Below, piece by piece: positions 30,563 to 41,333 of a stretch of 64,000 nucleotides of DNA. Position numbers and translations under genes: made by a program. The DNA comes from an uncultured Nitrospiraceae bacterium (GTDB lineage Bacteria; Nitrospirota; Nitrospiria; Nitrospirales; Nitrospiraceae): the NCBI GenBank assembly GCA_963730935.1, contig CAVSTP010000004.1:416001-480000 (forward strand). The letters run 5' to 3'. How positions within the stretch are numbered: the stretch's first letter is position 1; each line of letters begins with the position of its first letter. The notes under the pieces are model-generated. The model worked only from the letters and a program-made list of their open reading frames with translations, was not told the origin of the DNA and searched no databases.

Positions 30563-31084
30563 TCACGGGGCTGGCTTTCCACTGAAGAGGTTACAGACGG
30601 CACAGGACTTTCGCTGCGCGACTTGTTCTTCATATTCACGCACGCGTCGCTTCCCTTCAGCGATCTGCTCTACTGACATTTTTTCGCTGATATACTCTCT
30701 GGCGTCCATCGCATGTTGATTGCCGTGACTCGCCGACAAACTGACCCAATAGTATGCTGTGACTAGGTCCGGTGGGACGCCTTGACCATTGAGATGCATG
30801 AGGCCGAGGTTGTACTGCGCCCGTGGCTCTCCCTGTTCGGCAGCGCGCTCATACCACTGCAACGCTTCCGCATCGCTCTGCGGCACGCCCTGTCCCTTGT
30901 CATACATCAACCCAAGGTCGTACTGCGCTCTTGCTTCACCGCTATGCGCGAGGAATTGGACGTCGACAACCGCCTTGTCGTAATCACCGCGGAGATAGGC
31001 TTTATCGGCACGACGGTCTTCGCAGGCGGCGAAGGTACAGAGAAGAACGAGGAAGGAAAACGTAAGGAGCCGCCGGTTTGCCAT
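30563..31084 (-). CDS. Sel1-repeat lipoprotein
   Basis: FAAC; AQY.LGLMY..GQGVPQ repeats. Confidence 0.88.
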   Translation of the reverse strand: MANRRLLTFSFLVLLCTFAACEDRRADKAYLRGDYDKAVVDVQFLAHSGEARAQYDLGLMYDKGQGVPQSDAEALQWYERAAEQGEPRAQYNLGLMHLNGQGVPPDLVTAYYWVSLSASHGNQHAMDAREYISEKMSVEQIAEGKRRVREYEEQVAQRKSCAVCNLFSGKPAP

Positions 31085-31085
31085 T

Positions 31086-31508
31086 TTATGTGGCTGGCAC
31101 GAATTTCAGCGCTGCGCCGTTGATGCAATACCGGAGGCCGGTCGGTTTTGGCCCGTCTTTGAAAACATGCCCCTGATGACCTTCACAGCGGGCACAGTGG
31201 ACTTCCGTACGAGGAATGATCAGTTTGAAGTCGGTGCTCGTCTCAACGACTTTGGGGTCGATCGGCTGCCAGAAACTGGGCCAGCCGGTGCCGCTATCAA
31301 ATTTGTGTTCGGAGGAGTAGACGGGGAGATCGCAGCCGGCGCAGTGGTAGATGCCCGCTTCCTTGTTGTCGTGAAGGTGGTTCGCAAATGCGCGCTCGGT
31401 CGCCTCGTGTCTCAAGACTTGATAGGCTTCAGGCGCCAGCAGCTTTTTCCATTCGTCATCCGTTTTTATCACCTTCGAGATCGGTCCGATCTCAATCTTT
31501 TTGGACAT
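31086..31508 (-). CDS. msrB: Peptide-methionine (R)-S-oxide reductase
   Basis: SGTGWPSF, GH.GHVF.DGP.PTGLRYCING. Confidence 0.96.
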   Translation of the reverse strand: MSKKIEIGPISKVIKTDDEWKKLLAPEAYQVLRHEATERAFANHLHDNKEAGIYHCAGCDLPVYSSEHKFDSGTGWPSFWQPIDPKVVETSTDFKLIIPRTEVHCARCEGHQGHVFKDGPKPTGLRYCINGAALKFVPAT

Positions 31509-31567
31509 GGACAACTCCGTCGTCGCACAGGTGAGACATCCTGACACAGGGACCGACCCTTGAGCAA

Positions 31568-31592
31568 GGCGGGCGACGTCATGCCGCCCGCC
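31568..31592 (-). terminator. GC-rich hairpin after lon
   Basis: GGCGGGCG / CGCCCGCC stem. Confidence 0.4.
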
Positions 31593-31621
31593 GCTACAAC
31601 AAGGGCGATACCCTATGCCAC

Positions 31622-33985
31622 TTACGCATGGGCGGCGGCCGGCGCCACCTCATGATCGAACGCGGATCGAAGCACTTCTTCAACCCGCTCGGCCAAGATG
31701 AACGTCAGGTCATCCCGCACTTCCTGCGGCACATCCTTCAAGTCCTTCTCATTGGGCTTGGGCAGGATGATTCGTTTGATGCCGGCGCGATGAGCCGCCA
31801 GCACCTTTTCTTTGATCCCGCCGACCGGCAGCACCAATCCGGCCAAGCTAATTTCGCCCGTCATGGCCGTATCACTGCGGACCGGTTTACCCACGTACGA
31901 CGACGCCAGCGCGGTGGCCATGGTCACCCCGGCAGAGGGACCATCTTTGGGAATGGCCCCGGAAGGCACGTGAATATGTACGCCGTTCCGTTTAAAGCGC
32001 GATATATCGAGTCCCATGCTTTCCGCGTGCGACCAGAGGTAGCTGCGCGCGGCTCGAGCCGATTCCTGCATCACTTCTCCCAATTGCCCTGTCAGACTGA
32101 CTTCATGACTTCCGGGTAAGAGCGTCGTCTCGATGTAGAGCACGTCTCCACCGGTTGGGGTCCAGGCGAGACCTGTCGCGACACCGACCGGAATATTCTT
32201 TCTGGCCTCCTCAGGCATGAAGCGCTCGGGGCCAAGCCATTCGGGCAGGTCGGCCTTCTCGATTCTGATCGTTTGACGTTCCTGACCGTCGGATCGTTCG
32301 GCGACCTTCAGCGCCATTTTTCTCGTCAGGCGTCCCAGCATCTGTTCGAGCTGACGGACGCCCGCCTCTCGAGTGTACCGGCTGATGATGTGGTCCAAGA
32401 CGTCATCCGGCAGATCCACTTGCTGATCTTCAAGGCCGGCTTCTTTGAGTCTTCGCGGCCAGAGATAGCGCCGGGCAATCTCGGCCTTTTCCCGCTCGCT
32501 GTACCCCTGAACCCGGATGATTTCCATACGATCGAGCAGCGGCTGGCTGATCGTATCGAGCGTATTTGCCGTCGTAATAAAGAACACCTTCGACAGATCG
32601 AAGGGCAGGTCCAGATAGTGGTCGCGGAACGTATGGTTCTGCGCCGGATCCAAGATTTCCAACAGGGCGGCGGCAGGATCACCGCGAAAGTCCCGGCCCA
32701 TCTTATCGACCTCGTCCAGCATGAGAACCGGATTCTTCACGCTGGCACGGCGCATGGCTTGGATGATCCGTCCTGGCAGCGCGCCGACGTACGTCCGGCG
32801 GTGCCCGCGAAGCTCAGCCTCATCGTGCACACCACCCAGGCTGAACCGCTCGAATCGGCGCCCCATGGCCCTCGCAATCGATTGACCGAGGCTGGTCTTG
32901 CCTACGCCGGGCGGCCCGACGAGGCACAGAATCGGAGCCTTGGCGGAGGGATTTAATTTCAAAACGGCCAGATGCTCCACGATCCGTTCCTTCACCTCTT
33001 TGATGCCATAGTGATCCTCATCCAACACCTGGCGGACCTTGCTCAGATCCATGTGTTCCTCGGAGGCTTTGTTCCACGGCAACTCCAAGACCAGTTCTAA
33101 ATAGGTTCTCAGCACCTGATGGTCGGGCGAGGAGGGCGGCACTTTCGCCAACCGGCTGACCTCGCGCTCGACCTCTTTGCGAACATGGTCCGGAAGATCC
33201 GCCTCTTCGATCCGCTTCTTCAGGTGCGCCACTTCGCTCTCGTCCGTGTCTCCTTCGCCAAGCTCCTGCTGGATGGCCTTCAATTGCTCGCGCAGGATGT
33301 ATTCGCGCTGACTTTTCCCGAGTTTGGCTTGCGTATCGCTGGTGATCTTGTCCCGCAATTGAAGAATTTGGATTTCCTTGGAAAGAAATGCATAGAGCGA
33401 GCGCAACAACTCGATCGTCGATGAGCTTTCGAGCAGCGTCTGTTCTTCCTTCACCGTCAGGTTCAGCAGCGAGGCCACCCGATAGGCAAGAGTCGCGGGG
33501 TTCTCCTCATTGCGAAAGGCGGCGGTTGCCTCCTCGATTCCTGGGGCCTGAATCAGACGCGGAAGATCGGTGATCAACTCCTGGATAGCCCGTTGAAGAG
33601 CCTGGACCTCCCGATCCTGGTCCGCCGGAAGTTCGAGCCTGCGCGCCTGCACCATAAGATAGGGAGACGATTGTTCGACCTTCAGCAGTGCCACACGCTC
33701 CAGGCCCTGGAGCATGGCTTGGATGGTGCCATCCTCCGTGCGGCCAACCTGCTTGACGATGGCTTTCGTCCCGATCGTATAGAGATCGTCGAGGCCCGGA
33801 TTCTCTTTTCCTGGATCGCGTTGCGCCACGACCAAAATGGTTTTCTCTTCCGTCTTCAAGGCAGCGTTGACGGCGGCGACAGATCGATCGCGACCGACCG
33901 TGACCGGCATGAGGACGCCGGGGAACAGGACCGTTCGTTTGATGGGGAGAACCGGTAAAGTCACGGAAACATTTAGGCTGTTCAT
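31622..33985 (-). CDS. lon: ATP-dependent Lon protease
   Basis: LonN domain, [24 protein letters not shown]. Confidence 0.96.
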   Translation of the reverse strand: MNSLNVSVTLPVLPIKRTVLFPGVLMPVTVGRDRSVAAVNAALKTEEKTILVVAQRDPGKENPGLDDLYTIGTKAIVKQVGRTEDGTIQAMLQGLERVALLKVEQSSPYLMVQARRLELPADQDREVQALQRAIQELITDLPRLIQAPGIEEATAAFRNEENPATLAYRVASLLNLTVKEEQTLLESSSTIELLRSLYAFLSKEIQILQLRDKITSDTQAKLGKSQREYILREQLKAIQQELGEGDTDESEVAHLKKRIEEADLPDHVRKEVEREVSRLAKVPPSSPDHQVLRTYLELVLELPWNKASEEHMDLSKVRQVLDEDHYGIKEVKERIVEHLAVLKLNPSAKAPILCLVGPPGVGKTSLGQSIARAMGRRFERFSLGGVHDEAELRGHRRTYVGALPGRIIQAMRRASVKNPVLMLDEVDKMGRDFRGDPAAALLEILDPAQNHTFRDHYLDLPFDLSKVFFITTANTLDTISQPLLDRMEIIRVQGYSEREKAEIARRYLWPRRLKEAGLEDQQVDLPDDVLDHIISRYTREAGVRQLEQMLGRLTRKMALKVAERSDGQERQTIRIEKADLPEWLGPERFMPEEARKNIPVGVATGLAWTPTGGDVLYIETTLLPGSHEVSLTGQLGEVMQESARAARSYLWSHAESMGLDISRFKRNGVHIHVPSGAIPKDGPSAGVTMATALASSYVGKPVRSDTAMTGEISLAGLVLPVGGIKEKVLAAHRAGIKRIILPKPNEKDLKDVPQEVRDDLTFILAERVEEVLRSAFDHEVAPAAAHA

Positions 33986-34093
33986 GCGTGCTGACCTCCG
34001 ATCAGTGGTAACCCTATTTCAGGTGTAGCCGACAGATAGGTTCGGACCGGAGAGAAGTCAAGAAAGGGAACGATCAGGGGAGATTAGCGCGCT

Positions 34094-36118
34094 CTAACGA
34101 TCAACGAACAGTCCACCGTCAGGATACAGAGTGACCTTTCCATTTGACGGCCGATGAGACGCTGGAGTGGCGGCATCTTGCGGCATCGCATAGGTATCTT
34201 GCCCCTTGAGGTCGAAAAAAGCGCCGAGGCCATGCTCTGAAGATTGTCCGAATCCTTCTTTCACTTGATACTGATCGTCACCACCTTCATCGATGAACAG
34301 CCCCCATCCGGAATAATCAGCCTTTCCCAGGCCGGTCGTCGGCGTAAAGGCGTACCGGTCGCTTTCGACTCCAGCATCGATCATGAGACTCACGCTATGA
34401 TCCCATGCGACGCCGCCGTTATAAAACGGCCCGGTAGAGCCGTAGCGATCGGCGCCATGACGGTCGTTGAATAATCCGACCCCATAGTGGGCAGATGATC
34501 CATGCCCGTAGCGGGCGGCCAGATACTCATCGTTCCCGTCCAGATCGAGGAAGAGCCCAGTGCCGAAAAAATAGCCGTGTCCCTGGGAAAAATTGGCGCT
34601 TTGATACCGGTCGTTGCCTTCGATGTCGAGTAGGAGGCCCCAGCCTCCGGCCAAATTGTAGGCTTGCCAATCGGGCCGTTTGGTCAAGATGCGCTCACCT
34701 GAGCCAGTACCCAACCCAAAGCAATCGTACTGAAATAGGGCGTCGCCCGGCTTCGCCCTTGGCGCATCCTCGGCATTGTACGCGCTGGGAACCTTGTTTC
34801 CGCATTGGTATTGGTCTTCTCCCTGCAGGTCGATCACTGCTCCGACGCCCTGGGGACCGCCGAACCCGACGGAAAAGCCATGACTGGTATATCGATCGTT
34901 GCCCGATGCATCGAACAATAAACCCAAGCCGCCGATAGCTGCGCCTTGAGTCAGGCGACTGCCCATATACACATCATTGCCCCTGGCATCGAACAGAATA
35001 CCCAGACCTCCGAACCCCGCACCGCCGGATCCGGTATCCAACTGATAGACATCGTCGCCTGCTTGATCGATCAAAAGCCCTACGCCGAGCCGACCAGTGG
35101 CGAGACCCAATGGAGAGCCGGTATAGGTGTCATTGCCTCCGAGATCGATCACCACCGCATTGCCGTGATCCGCATCGCTAGAAGCGGCAATCTTGCCTCG
35201 AAATAAATCATCCCCACCCAGATCGATCACGAGTCCAAAGCGATGATCGAGTTCATAGGTGTTGGGACCTGTCCCTCCAATAACAATCATCCCATACGAT
35301 GTCTCCTCAACATGCAAGACCGTTCCGGTAATACCGGTCGGGGCCTTTGACAGCGGGGGAGCTTGACCAAACACGGCGACCAGCTGACGTGCCCACGGAT
35401 CGTTCGCCAGACGGGCCAAGACCTGTGCCGCGGCAATCAAATTAGCATAGTCGACTTGCTCCTCAATTAACTCGGCGAATCGCTGATCGGCCTGGACTCT
35501 AGCGATCTTTTTCGGCGATAAGTTCGAAATCTGGGGACTGAATTGTTCGGCAAGGGTTTGGGCATGGCTGAAGAGGAATCGCCGCTCCTCCTCTGTCAGA
35601 TGCGCCACGGCCTTTTCTCGATGGAGAGACGCCTCCTCGAGACTTTCCAGCATGAACGCGACCAAATCTTTCCTGGTGAGGTTTGCCGGAACCGAGACGG
35701 GCTTATGGAAGGCGGATGTTCGATCCATGCCAGCTTCCAACACGTCGAGGAGAACGGCCAGATTGACGGATCGACCTTCCGCCAGTTCTGCCAAGAGCAA
35801 TCCCTGACGCTCGACATGGCTCAGTCCTTCCCAAGGTTGTTTTAGCGCCGCCACGGAGAGACTGCGCTTATACTTCGCGTTGACCGTGTCGAGGGTCGAA
35901 TGTGCTTGAATCAACGAGGCTTGAGCCGTAGGCAGGAGCCGGTCAAGAACGGGGCGAACGGCGGGAGCCAGGCGCGAAAGCGTCGACTCCCTCATGGGAG
36001 CATTGGCGATGCCCGTGTCCGGAGGCCCCAGCCAGGCGAAGAAACCTTGAACGAGGCTGCACCCGGGCAGAGTCACAAGAAACAGGAAATTGAGCGTCAC
36101 CAATATATGCCGAATCAC
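34094..36118 (-). CDS. Lipoprotein with repeated D-x-x-G-x-D-x-Y motifs (putative Ca-binding beta-roll)
   Basis: LPGC lipobox; about 10 repeats such as LIDQAGDDVY, LFDASGNDRY; start codon uncertain. Confidence 0.7.
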   Translation of the reverse strand: MIRHILVTLNFLFLVTLPGCSLVQGFFAWLGPPDTGIANAPMRESTLSRLAPAVRPVLDRLLPTAQASLIQAHSTLDTVNAKYKRSLSVAALKQPWEGLSHVERQGLLLAELAEGRSVNLAVLLDVLEAGMDRTSAFHKPVSVPANLTRKDLVAFMLESLEEASLHREKAVAHLTEEERRFLFSHAQTLAEQFSPQISNLSPKKIARVQADQRFAELIEEQVDYANLIAAAQVLARLANDPWARQLVAVFGQAPPLSKAPTGITGTVLHVEETSYGMIVIGGTGPNTYELDHRFGLVIDLGGDDLFRGKIAASSDADHGNAVVIDLGGNDTYTGSPLGLATGRLGVGLLIDQAGDDVYQLDTGSGGAGFGGLGILFDARGNDVYMGSRLTQGAAIGGLGLLFDASGNDRYTSHGFSVGFGGPQGVGAVIDLQGEDQYQCGNKVPSAYNAEDAPRAKPGDALFQYDCFGLGTGSGERILTKRPDWQAYNLAGGWGLLLDIEGNDRYQSANFSQGHGYFFGTGLFLDLDGNDEYLAARYGHGSSAHYGVGLFNDRHGADRYGSTGPFYNGGVAWDHSVSLMIDAGVESDRYAFTPTTGLGKADYSGWGLFIDEGGDDQYQVKEGFGQSSEHGLGAFFDLKGQDTYAMPQDAATPASHRPSNGKVTLYPDGGLFVDR

Positions 36119-36179
36119 GCCGCCCGCGACCTCTGAAAAGATCACTGCTCGGAGGCCGTACTGTATCACAGCTTGAAAG

Positions 36180-37355
36180 TCAGCTCTCCGATTCGTGGCT
36201 GAGGTTTCGCCTAGCGCTGCCACGCACGATTTTGAACTCGTAGAGGCGACATTCCAATGCTCCGTTATAGAGAGGGATCCGTCGCGAGGGCGAAAGTCCA
36301 ATCGTTTTCGTAAGACGCGCGTCGGCGGTCAGAATGTATGCGCGCCATCCGGCAAACTTCCGCTTCAGCCAGTCGCCCAGCCGGGGATAAAAAGATTCAA
36401 GTTCATGCGCGTTACCCAACCGCACTCCATAGGGCGGATTCATCAAGAGCACTCCTTTGGGGGCGGGTGGCTCGAGCGACAATACCTCCTGCTGATGAAG
36501 ACGAACATCGATTGCGACGCCCGCTCCTTGGAACAGCCGTTGCGCCGTCTTGACTGCGGACGCATCGTGATCGGAAGCGTAGATCGCAACAGGAATTTCT
36601 TTCCGCTGCTTCAGCCTCGCGGCTTCGCGGAGCTGAGCCCACCGTTTCGCATCATGGATCTGAAATCGTTCGAAGGCGAAAGAGCGAGCGAACCCAGGGG
36701 CGATCCGCCGCGCCATCAGCGCTGCCTCAAGGGGAATGGTGCCTGTCCCGCACATCGGATCCATAAGAACTTCGTCCGGCGTCCAACCGGCGAGCCGCAG
36801 GAGGCCGGCTGCCAGATTCTCTCGTAGCGGCGCCTCCACTGGATTGAGACGATACCCTCGTTTGAACAGCGGCTCCCCGGATGTATCGAGATACAAGGTG
36901 ACGGATTCTGAGTCGATGAATGCGTCGATGCGGATATCGGGATGGTGGGTGTCCACCGTCGGCCGCTTTTTGGTTGCAGCAAGAAACTTGTCACAGATGG
37001 CGTCTTTGATCCGTAGCGTCAAAAAATCCAGACTGGGAAGCGGACACCGATGGGCCGTCACTCTGACCTTAATGGTGTTGGAAGAGGCGAACCAATCGGG
37101 CCACGCCAACTCATAGGCGGCTCGATAGACGTCATCTGCGGTCCGATAAGGCCGATGACCGGCCTCCCAGAGCACTCGGCTGGCGACGTGGCTCCAGAGA
37201 TTTACCCAGTACATCGTGGACCAGGGTGCTTGGAACCTGACGCCTCCTGCCGTTGCCGCTGTCAAAGGGATACCCAGCGCGTGGAGTTCCTCGTCGAGCA
37301 CCTGTTCCAACCCACGCGGGCAGGGTGCAAAAAAATGGTGTTTTGTGCTATCCAT
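36180..37355 (-). CDS. THUMP-domain rRNA m2G methyltransferase (RlmL-type)
   Basis: LFKRGYR...EAPLRENLAA, DPMCGTGT, NPPYG.R. Confidence 0.9.
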   Translation of the reverse strand: MDSTKHHFFAPCPRGLEQVLDEELHALGIPLTAATAGGVRFQAPWSTMYWVNLWSHVASRVLWEAGHRPYRTADDVYRAAYELAWPDWFASSNTIKVRVTAHRCPLPSLDFLTLRIKDAICDKFLAATKKRPTVDTHHPDIRIDAFIDSESVTLYLDTSGEPLFKRGYRLNPVEAPLRENLAAGLLRLAGWTPDEVLMDPMCGTGTIPLEAALMARRIAPGFARSFAFERFQIHDAKRWAQLREAARLKQRKEIPVAIYASDHDASAVKTAQRLFQGAGVAIDVRLHQQEVLSLEPPAPKGVLLMNPPYGVRLGNAHELESFYPRLGDWLKRKFAGWRAYILTADARLTKTIGLSPSRRIPLYNGALECRLYEFKIVRGSARRNLSHESES

Positions 37356-37377
37356 GCGCTGAGGCTTCTCTACCGGC

Positions 37378-37926
37378 ATGGCGGCCATGAAGTTTTGCGG
37401 CGAATGCGGGAAATCCGTCTCGCAGAAAATCCCTCAGGGCGATAACCTTCCGCGATTCGTTTGCGACTCGTGCCAGGCCATTCACTACCATAACCCGAAG
37501 ATCGTGGCAGGGTGCATCCCCGAATGGAAAGGGCGAATCCTGTTGTGCCGCCGTGCCATCGAACCCAAGTCCGGTCTCTGGACCTATCCGGCCGGATTCA
37601 TGGAAATCGGCGAGGGAACCGAGGAGGCGGCCAGGCGAGAAACACTGGAAGAGGCCGGAGCGCGAGTGACCATCGTGAAGTTGCACTCGGTGCTCAGCCT
37701 TCCCCATATCGGCCAGGTGTACTTGACGTTCATCGGCCACCTGGAAGCGGAAGTCTTTGAGGCAGGCATGGAAAGTCTTGATGTACGGCTGTTCGAGCGG
37801 CAGGACATTCCCTGGGGCGACATCGCCTTTCCCGTCGTGAAGGATGCGCTGCGTCGATATGTGGATGATGTCGTGGGTGGGACGTTCCACTTGCATGTCG
37901 CCGATCTGCCCGGCCGTCTCGTCTGA
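37378..37926 (+). CDS. NUDIX hydrolase with N-terminal zinc ribbon
   Basis: CGEC...CDSC, Y.NP, GFMEIGE..EEAARRETLEE. Confidence 0.92.
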   Translation: MAAMKFCGECGKSVSQKIPQGDNLPRFVCDSCQAIHYHNPKIVAGCIPEWKGRILLCRRAIEPKSGLWTYPAGFMEIGEGTEEAARRETLEEAGARVTIVKLHSVLSLPHIGQVYLTFIGHLEAEVFEAGMESLDVRLFERQDIPWGDIAFPVVKDALRRYVDDVVGGTFHLHVADLPGRLV

Positions 37927-37927
37927 A

Positions 37928-38188
37928 TCATCGGTTCAAGGCGTTCTTATGGATGACGGCATGGATGTCCACCAGTCCCTCGTTCCGGTCAATCGCATAA
38001 AAGATGCGCCAATCGGCGACCGCATACTTGTGTAATCCCGGGAAATCAGACATGACATCGTGGCGAAGATTTTCAACGTTGGAAGCGATCCACTTGGTCT
38101 TCTCAAGGAGCCGTTGGGCCATCGGCAGACCGATGGGCATAAGGTCTTGAACGACGCCCGCCTGAAACGTCAGCCGATACCAGGGCAT
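37928..38188 (-). CDS. RelE/ParE-like toxin
   Basis: 86 aa; Y.L.F N-terminus, 'VADWRIFYAID' motif; follows a small acidic gene. Confidence 0.65.
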   Translation of the reverse strand: MPWYRLTFQAGVVQDLMPIGLPMAQRLLEKTKWIASNVENLRHDVMSDFPGLHKYAVADWRIFYAIDRNEGLVDIHAVIHKNALNR

Positions 38189-38193
38189 CGCGT

Positions 38194-38397
38194 TTACCAG
38201 CGCAGCCCGAGTTTTTCAGCCAGCTCCTCGCCGGACAGCCGCTCGCTATTTGCGAGAGAGGCCTTGAGTCTGGCGCGCAGCGCCTCGCCCAGTTCCAGGC
38301 CTAAGTCAGGATCGCCGATCAGTTCACGCAAGCGGTCATCCACCAGCCCACGTACTAATTGCTTCAACTGATCTGGCGTCAACGAGGAGAGATCCAT
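38194..38397 (-). CDS. Putative antitoxin
   Basis: 67 aa, DPD.GLEL, ends SGEELAEKLGLRW; 5 bp from the toxin gene. Confidence 0.65.
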   Translation of the reverse strand: MDLSSLTPDQLKQLVRGLVDDRLRELIGDPDLGLELGEALRARLKASLANSERLSGEELAEKLGLRW

Positions 38398-38446
38398 TTC
38401 GGGAAGAGAATACGGAGGGCGGCTGGGAAATGCAAACCGGTGAGAG

Positions 38447-38773
38447 CTAACTCGGAGGGGCGGTCTTTTCCAACTGCTGGATGAATCGGCCCAATCTCAT
38501 CTGTTCAGGTTCTGCGACGATGAGGAATTCCATACCGATGCCTTGAGACCCGCACCAGCGCACAGCGGCATTCTCGATTTTTAGCGGAACGGCCTCTCCC
38601 GGCAGCTGCAAGAGCAGCGACACCTGCATTCCAGTGAAAGGCGTAATCAAGCTTTCGACACGACAGCCCTTCGCCGAGAGGTCGCGGATGGAACCTTTGT
38701 GCCGAAACTGATCGCGCTGAACCAGCACGCTCGGCATGCTGACGGGAAAACGACGGTGCTTGCGAGTGACCAC
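38447..38773 (-). CDS. Single-domain PilZ protein
   Basis: RKHRR, DLSAKG, VRW...GMEF. Confidence 0.88.
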   Translation of the reverse strand: MVTRKHRRFPVSMPSVLVQRDQFRHKGSIRDLSAKGCRVESLITPFTGMQVSLLLQLPGEAVPLKIENAAVRWCGSQGIGMEFLIVAEPEQMRLGRFIQQLEKTAPPS

Positions 38774-38799
38774 TCTGGATGTCCTTCTGTACGAGTGCC

Positions 38800-39114
38800 T
38801 TACGCGGCGGCTACAGCCAGATTATGCAGATATTGAGCCAGCCGCTCCCGCTGAAGCTCCTCCATGCCCAGAAATTCGATGCCGAATTCGTATTGCAGCA
38901 TCCAGCGCACCGTTGCCATGCGGACGGTAATGGAGAGCGCCTGCTTGGGAACATTGAGAGAAAGCGCCACCATCGCACCGATCGTCAGCGGGCGATCCGT
39001 GACGATCTTGCAACCCCCCATGCCCAGGTTGTATACGATTCCCGTGCCCTCACAATCTCCGACAAATCGCGCGGGGAATTCGACAATGTACCGTTCATAC
39101 TGGCGCTTGTTCAT
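38800..39114 (-). CDS. Single-domain PilZ protein
   Basis: RQYER, NLGMGG, VRW...FGIEF. Confidence 0.85.
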   Translation of the reverse strand: MNKRQYERYIVEFPARFVGDCEGTGIVYNLGMGGCKIVTDRPLTIGAMVALSLNVPKQALSITVRMATVRWMLQYEFGIEFLGMEELQRERLAQYLHNLAVAAA

Positions 39115-39242
39115 AGACCTGCACACAGGGAAACTGACTAGGATCGGTGCTTAAGCTTACGAACTCTCTCCCAGGATGAAACTACGGGCATATTCCAAAT
39201 TTGTCAAAGAAAACCGGATGTTTCACAGAACCGAGGACTGAA

Positions 39243-39962
39243 ATGCAGCGCTTGGCTGGCAAAGTGGCAGTGGTCACCGGCAGTAGTAGCGGCATCGGCA
39301 AAGCCATAGCCCTTCGGTTTGGCGAGGAAGGGGCTAAAGTCGTCGTCGCGGCGAGAAGAAAGGCGTTGTGCGAGCAGACGGCCAAACAGATCTGCCGCAA
39401 GGGCGGGGAAGCATTTGTCATTCAAGCCGATGTCAGTCACGAAACCCAGGTCGACATGCTCTATGACAAGGCCTTGCAGCAATATGGCCGCGTGGACATT
39501 GCGGTCCACAACGCCGGCATCTTCGGAGGAAGGAGAATCGCAGAAACCACGACACCGGCCTTTGACGAAGTGATGAATGTCAATCTACGCGGCACATTTT
39601 TCTGTTGCAGAGCGGCGTTCAAGCACATGAAAGCTCATGGCGGCGGGGTCATCATCAACATATCCAGCGTGGCCGGCGTACAAGCCTGGGCGGGGACTGG
39701 CGTCTACAGCGCCTCCAAGCACGGGGTGATGGCCCTGACGAGGGCGTTGGCGGATGAAGGACGGCCGTTCAATATCAAGGTGTCCGCCATCTGTCCCGGA
39801 GGAGTGGCTGACGAATTGGTCGATTCGACACCGGAGGAAATATTGCGCAGCGAAAAAATCAGCCCGTTCGACATCGCGGAAACGGCCGTTTATCTTTGTA
39901 CGCTAGGGAAGTTCGCGGTGGTTCAGGAAGTAGTCGTCAACCGATTGGGAGCCGACTGGTAA
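39243..39962 (+). CDS. Short-chain dehydrogenase/reductase
   Basis: TGSSSGIG, HNAG, YSASK. Confidence 0.93.
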   Translation: MQRLAGKVAVVTGSSSGIGKAIALRFGEEGAKVVVAARRKALCEQTAKQICRKGGEAFVIQADVSHETQVDMLYDKALQQYGRVDIAVHNAGIFGGRRIAETTTPAFDEVMNVNLRGTFFCCRAAFKHMKAHGGGVIINISSVAGVQAWAGTGVYSASKHGVMALTRALADEGRPFNIKVSAICPGGVADELVDSTPEEILRSEKISPFDIAETAVYLCTLGKFAVVQEVVVNRLGADW

Positions 39963-39977
39963 ATTGGCGGTAAGCGG

Positions 39978-40472
39978 CTACCAGTGTCGGCCATAGTGCC
40001 GGTAGAAGAACCGGGGTCCCCAGTACGGACGGCCATAGTAACCGTAGAAGCCTGGCACGCCCCATGGTCGCCCCAGATACAACCCAATGCCCACCGGCGG
40101 GTACGCGTAGGCATAAGGATAGACATAGGGAGGCGGCACGATCGCAGTGGCAACGGGCGGCTGCGACAGATGCTGTTGAAGCTGTGCCGTGGCCGCAGTC
40201 TGTCGGTCCACCTGACCTTTCAACTGTCCGACCAGATCCTGCTGCGCCTGCACCCGGCCTTCGAGCTGCGCGATCTGCTCCTGCTGATGCTCGATGAAGG
40301 CATTCAGACAGCGGGTCTGTGCCGCATCTGTATAGTTTGAGCATTCCCAAGGCACCTGCGGACTTGTGGCTTCAGCGGACAGGCCATGAAGAGCCATTCC
40401 CATCACCGCCACGCTGAGCAGGAATAATCGCCATGGGAAAGAACGGGAGGATGGCGCGGGCTGAGTGATCAT
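39978..40472 (-). CDS. Exported hypothetical protein with coiled coil and Tyr/Pro/Gly-rich tail
   Basis: Signal peptide, Cys pair, RBS GGAGG. Confidence 0.7.
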   Translation of the reverse strand: MITQPAPSSRSFPWRLFLLSVAVMGMALHGLSAEATSPQVPWECSNYTDAAQTRCLNAFIEHQQEQIAQLEGRVQAQQDLVGQLKGQVDRQTAATAQLQQHLSQPPVATAIVPPPYVYPYAYAYPPVGIGLYLGRPWGVPGFYGYYGRPYWGPRFFYRHYGRHW

Positions 40473-40571
40473 AGGATCACCTCCTTGAGAGACACCTTAC
40501 ACATTATCATGCGTTTTTCAGTTGCGCCAGATCGCCGCCGGCGTTTGCTTTTGTCCCTCTGGAATCCTACA

Positions 40572-41333
40572 ATGCCGCCGCAAGCACAAAATTCCATGGC
40601 TTCCCCGACCATCTCAGGATCCAGCGCAGCCAGACCTCTGCGGCGGCCGTCCTGGCCTGCCGGTCCGCTGAAACGCCGGTTCCAACAACGGCTGTTGAAG
40701 TGGTATGCCAGCTTCGGCAGGGATTTGCCCTGGCGGAAAACCTCCGATCCCTACCATATTCTCGTCTCAGAGGTGATGCTCCAGCAGACTCAGGTGGATC
40801 GCGTGATCCCGAAATATCATCAATTCCTCGATCGTTATCCGAGTTTTGAAAGACTGGCGTCCGCCCGGGTGAAAGAGGTAAAGAAACTCTGGTATCCCTT
40901 GGGGTACAACATCAGGCCGGAGCGTCTCCATAGTATTGCGTGCGAAACGGTCGAGCGGTACGGCGGAAAATTACCCAACGATCACGGCCAGCTGTTGTCG
41001 TTCAAAGGCATTGGACGCTACACCGCTGGCGCCATCCGATCTTTTGCGTTCAATGAGGACGCCGCGATCCTGGATACCAACGTCATCCGCGTGCTGTACC
41101 GCGTGTTCATCGCCAAAGGTGATCCGCGGAAACACACGGTGAAGTTATGGCGGCTGGCGGAAACGCTGATTCCTCCCGGCAAAGGCTACGATTTCAACCA
41201 GGCCCTGATGGATTTCGGCGCGATCCGTTGTACGGCACGGACACCTTCATGCGAGTCATGCCCCATGACGCCGATCTGCAAAACATATCCGTTCGCGAGA
41301 GGAAAGAGCTCATGGCGAAAGTCGTCGAAGTAG
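40572..41333 (+). CDS. mutY: A/G-specific adenine glycosylase, short form lacking the C-terminal NUDIX-like domain
   Basis: RDLPWR, SEVMLQQT, LGY, GIGRYTA, DTNV.RV, C-x6-C-x2-C-x5-C. Confidence 0.88.
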   Translation: MPPQAQNSMASPTISGSSAARPLRRPSWPAGPLKRRFQQRLLKWYASFGRDLPWRKTSDPYHILVSEVMLQQTQVDRVIPKYHQFLDRYPSFERLASARVKEVKKLWYPLGYNIRPERLHSIACETVERYGGKLPNDHGQLLSFKGIGRYTAGAIRSFAFNEDAAILDTNVIRVLYRVFIAKGDPRKHTVKLWRLAETLIPPGKGYDFNQALMDFGAIRCTARTPSCESCPMTPICKTYPFARGKSSWRKSSK

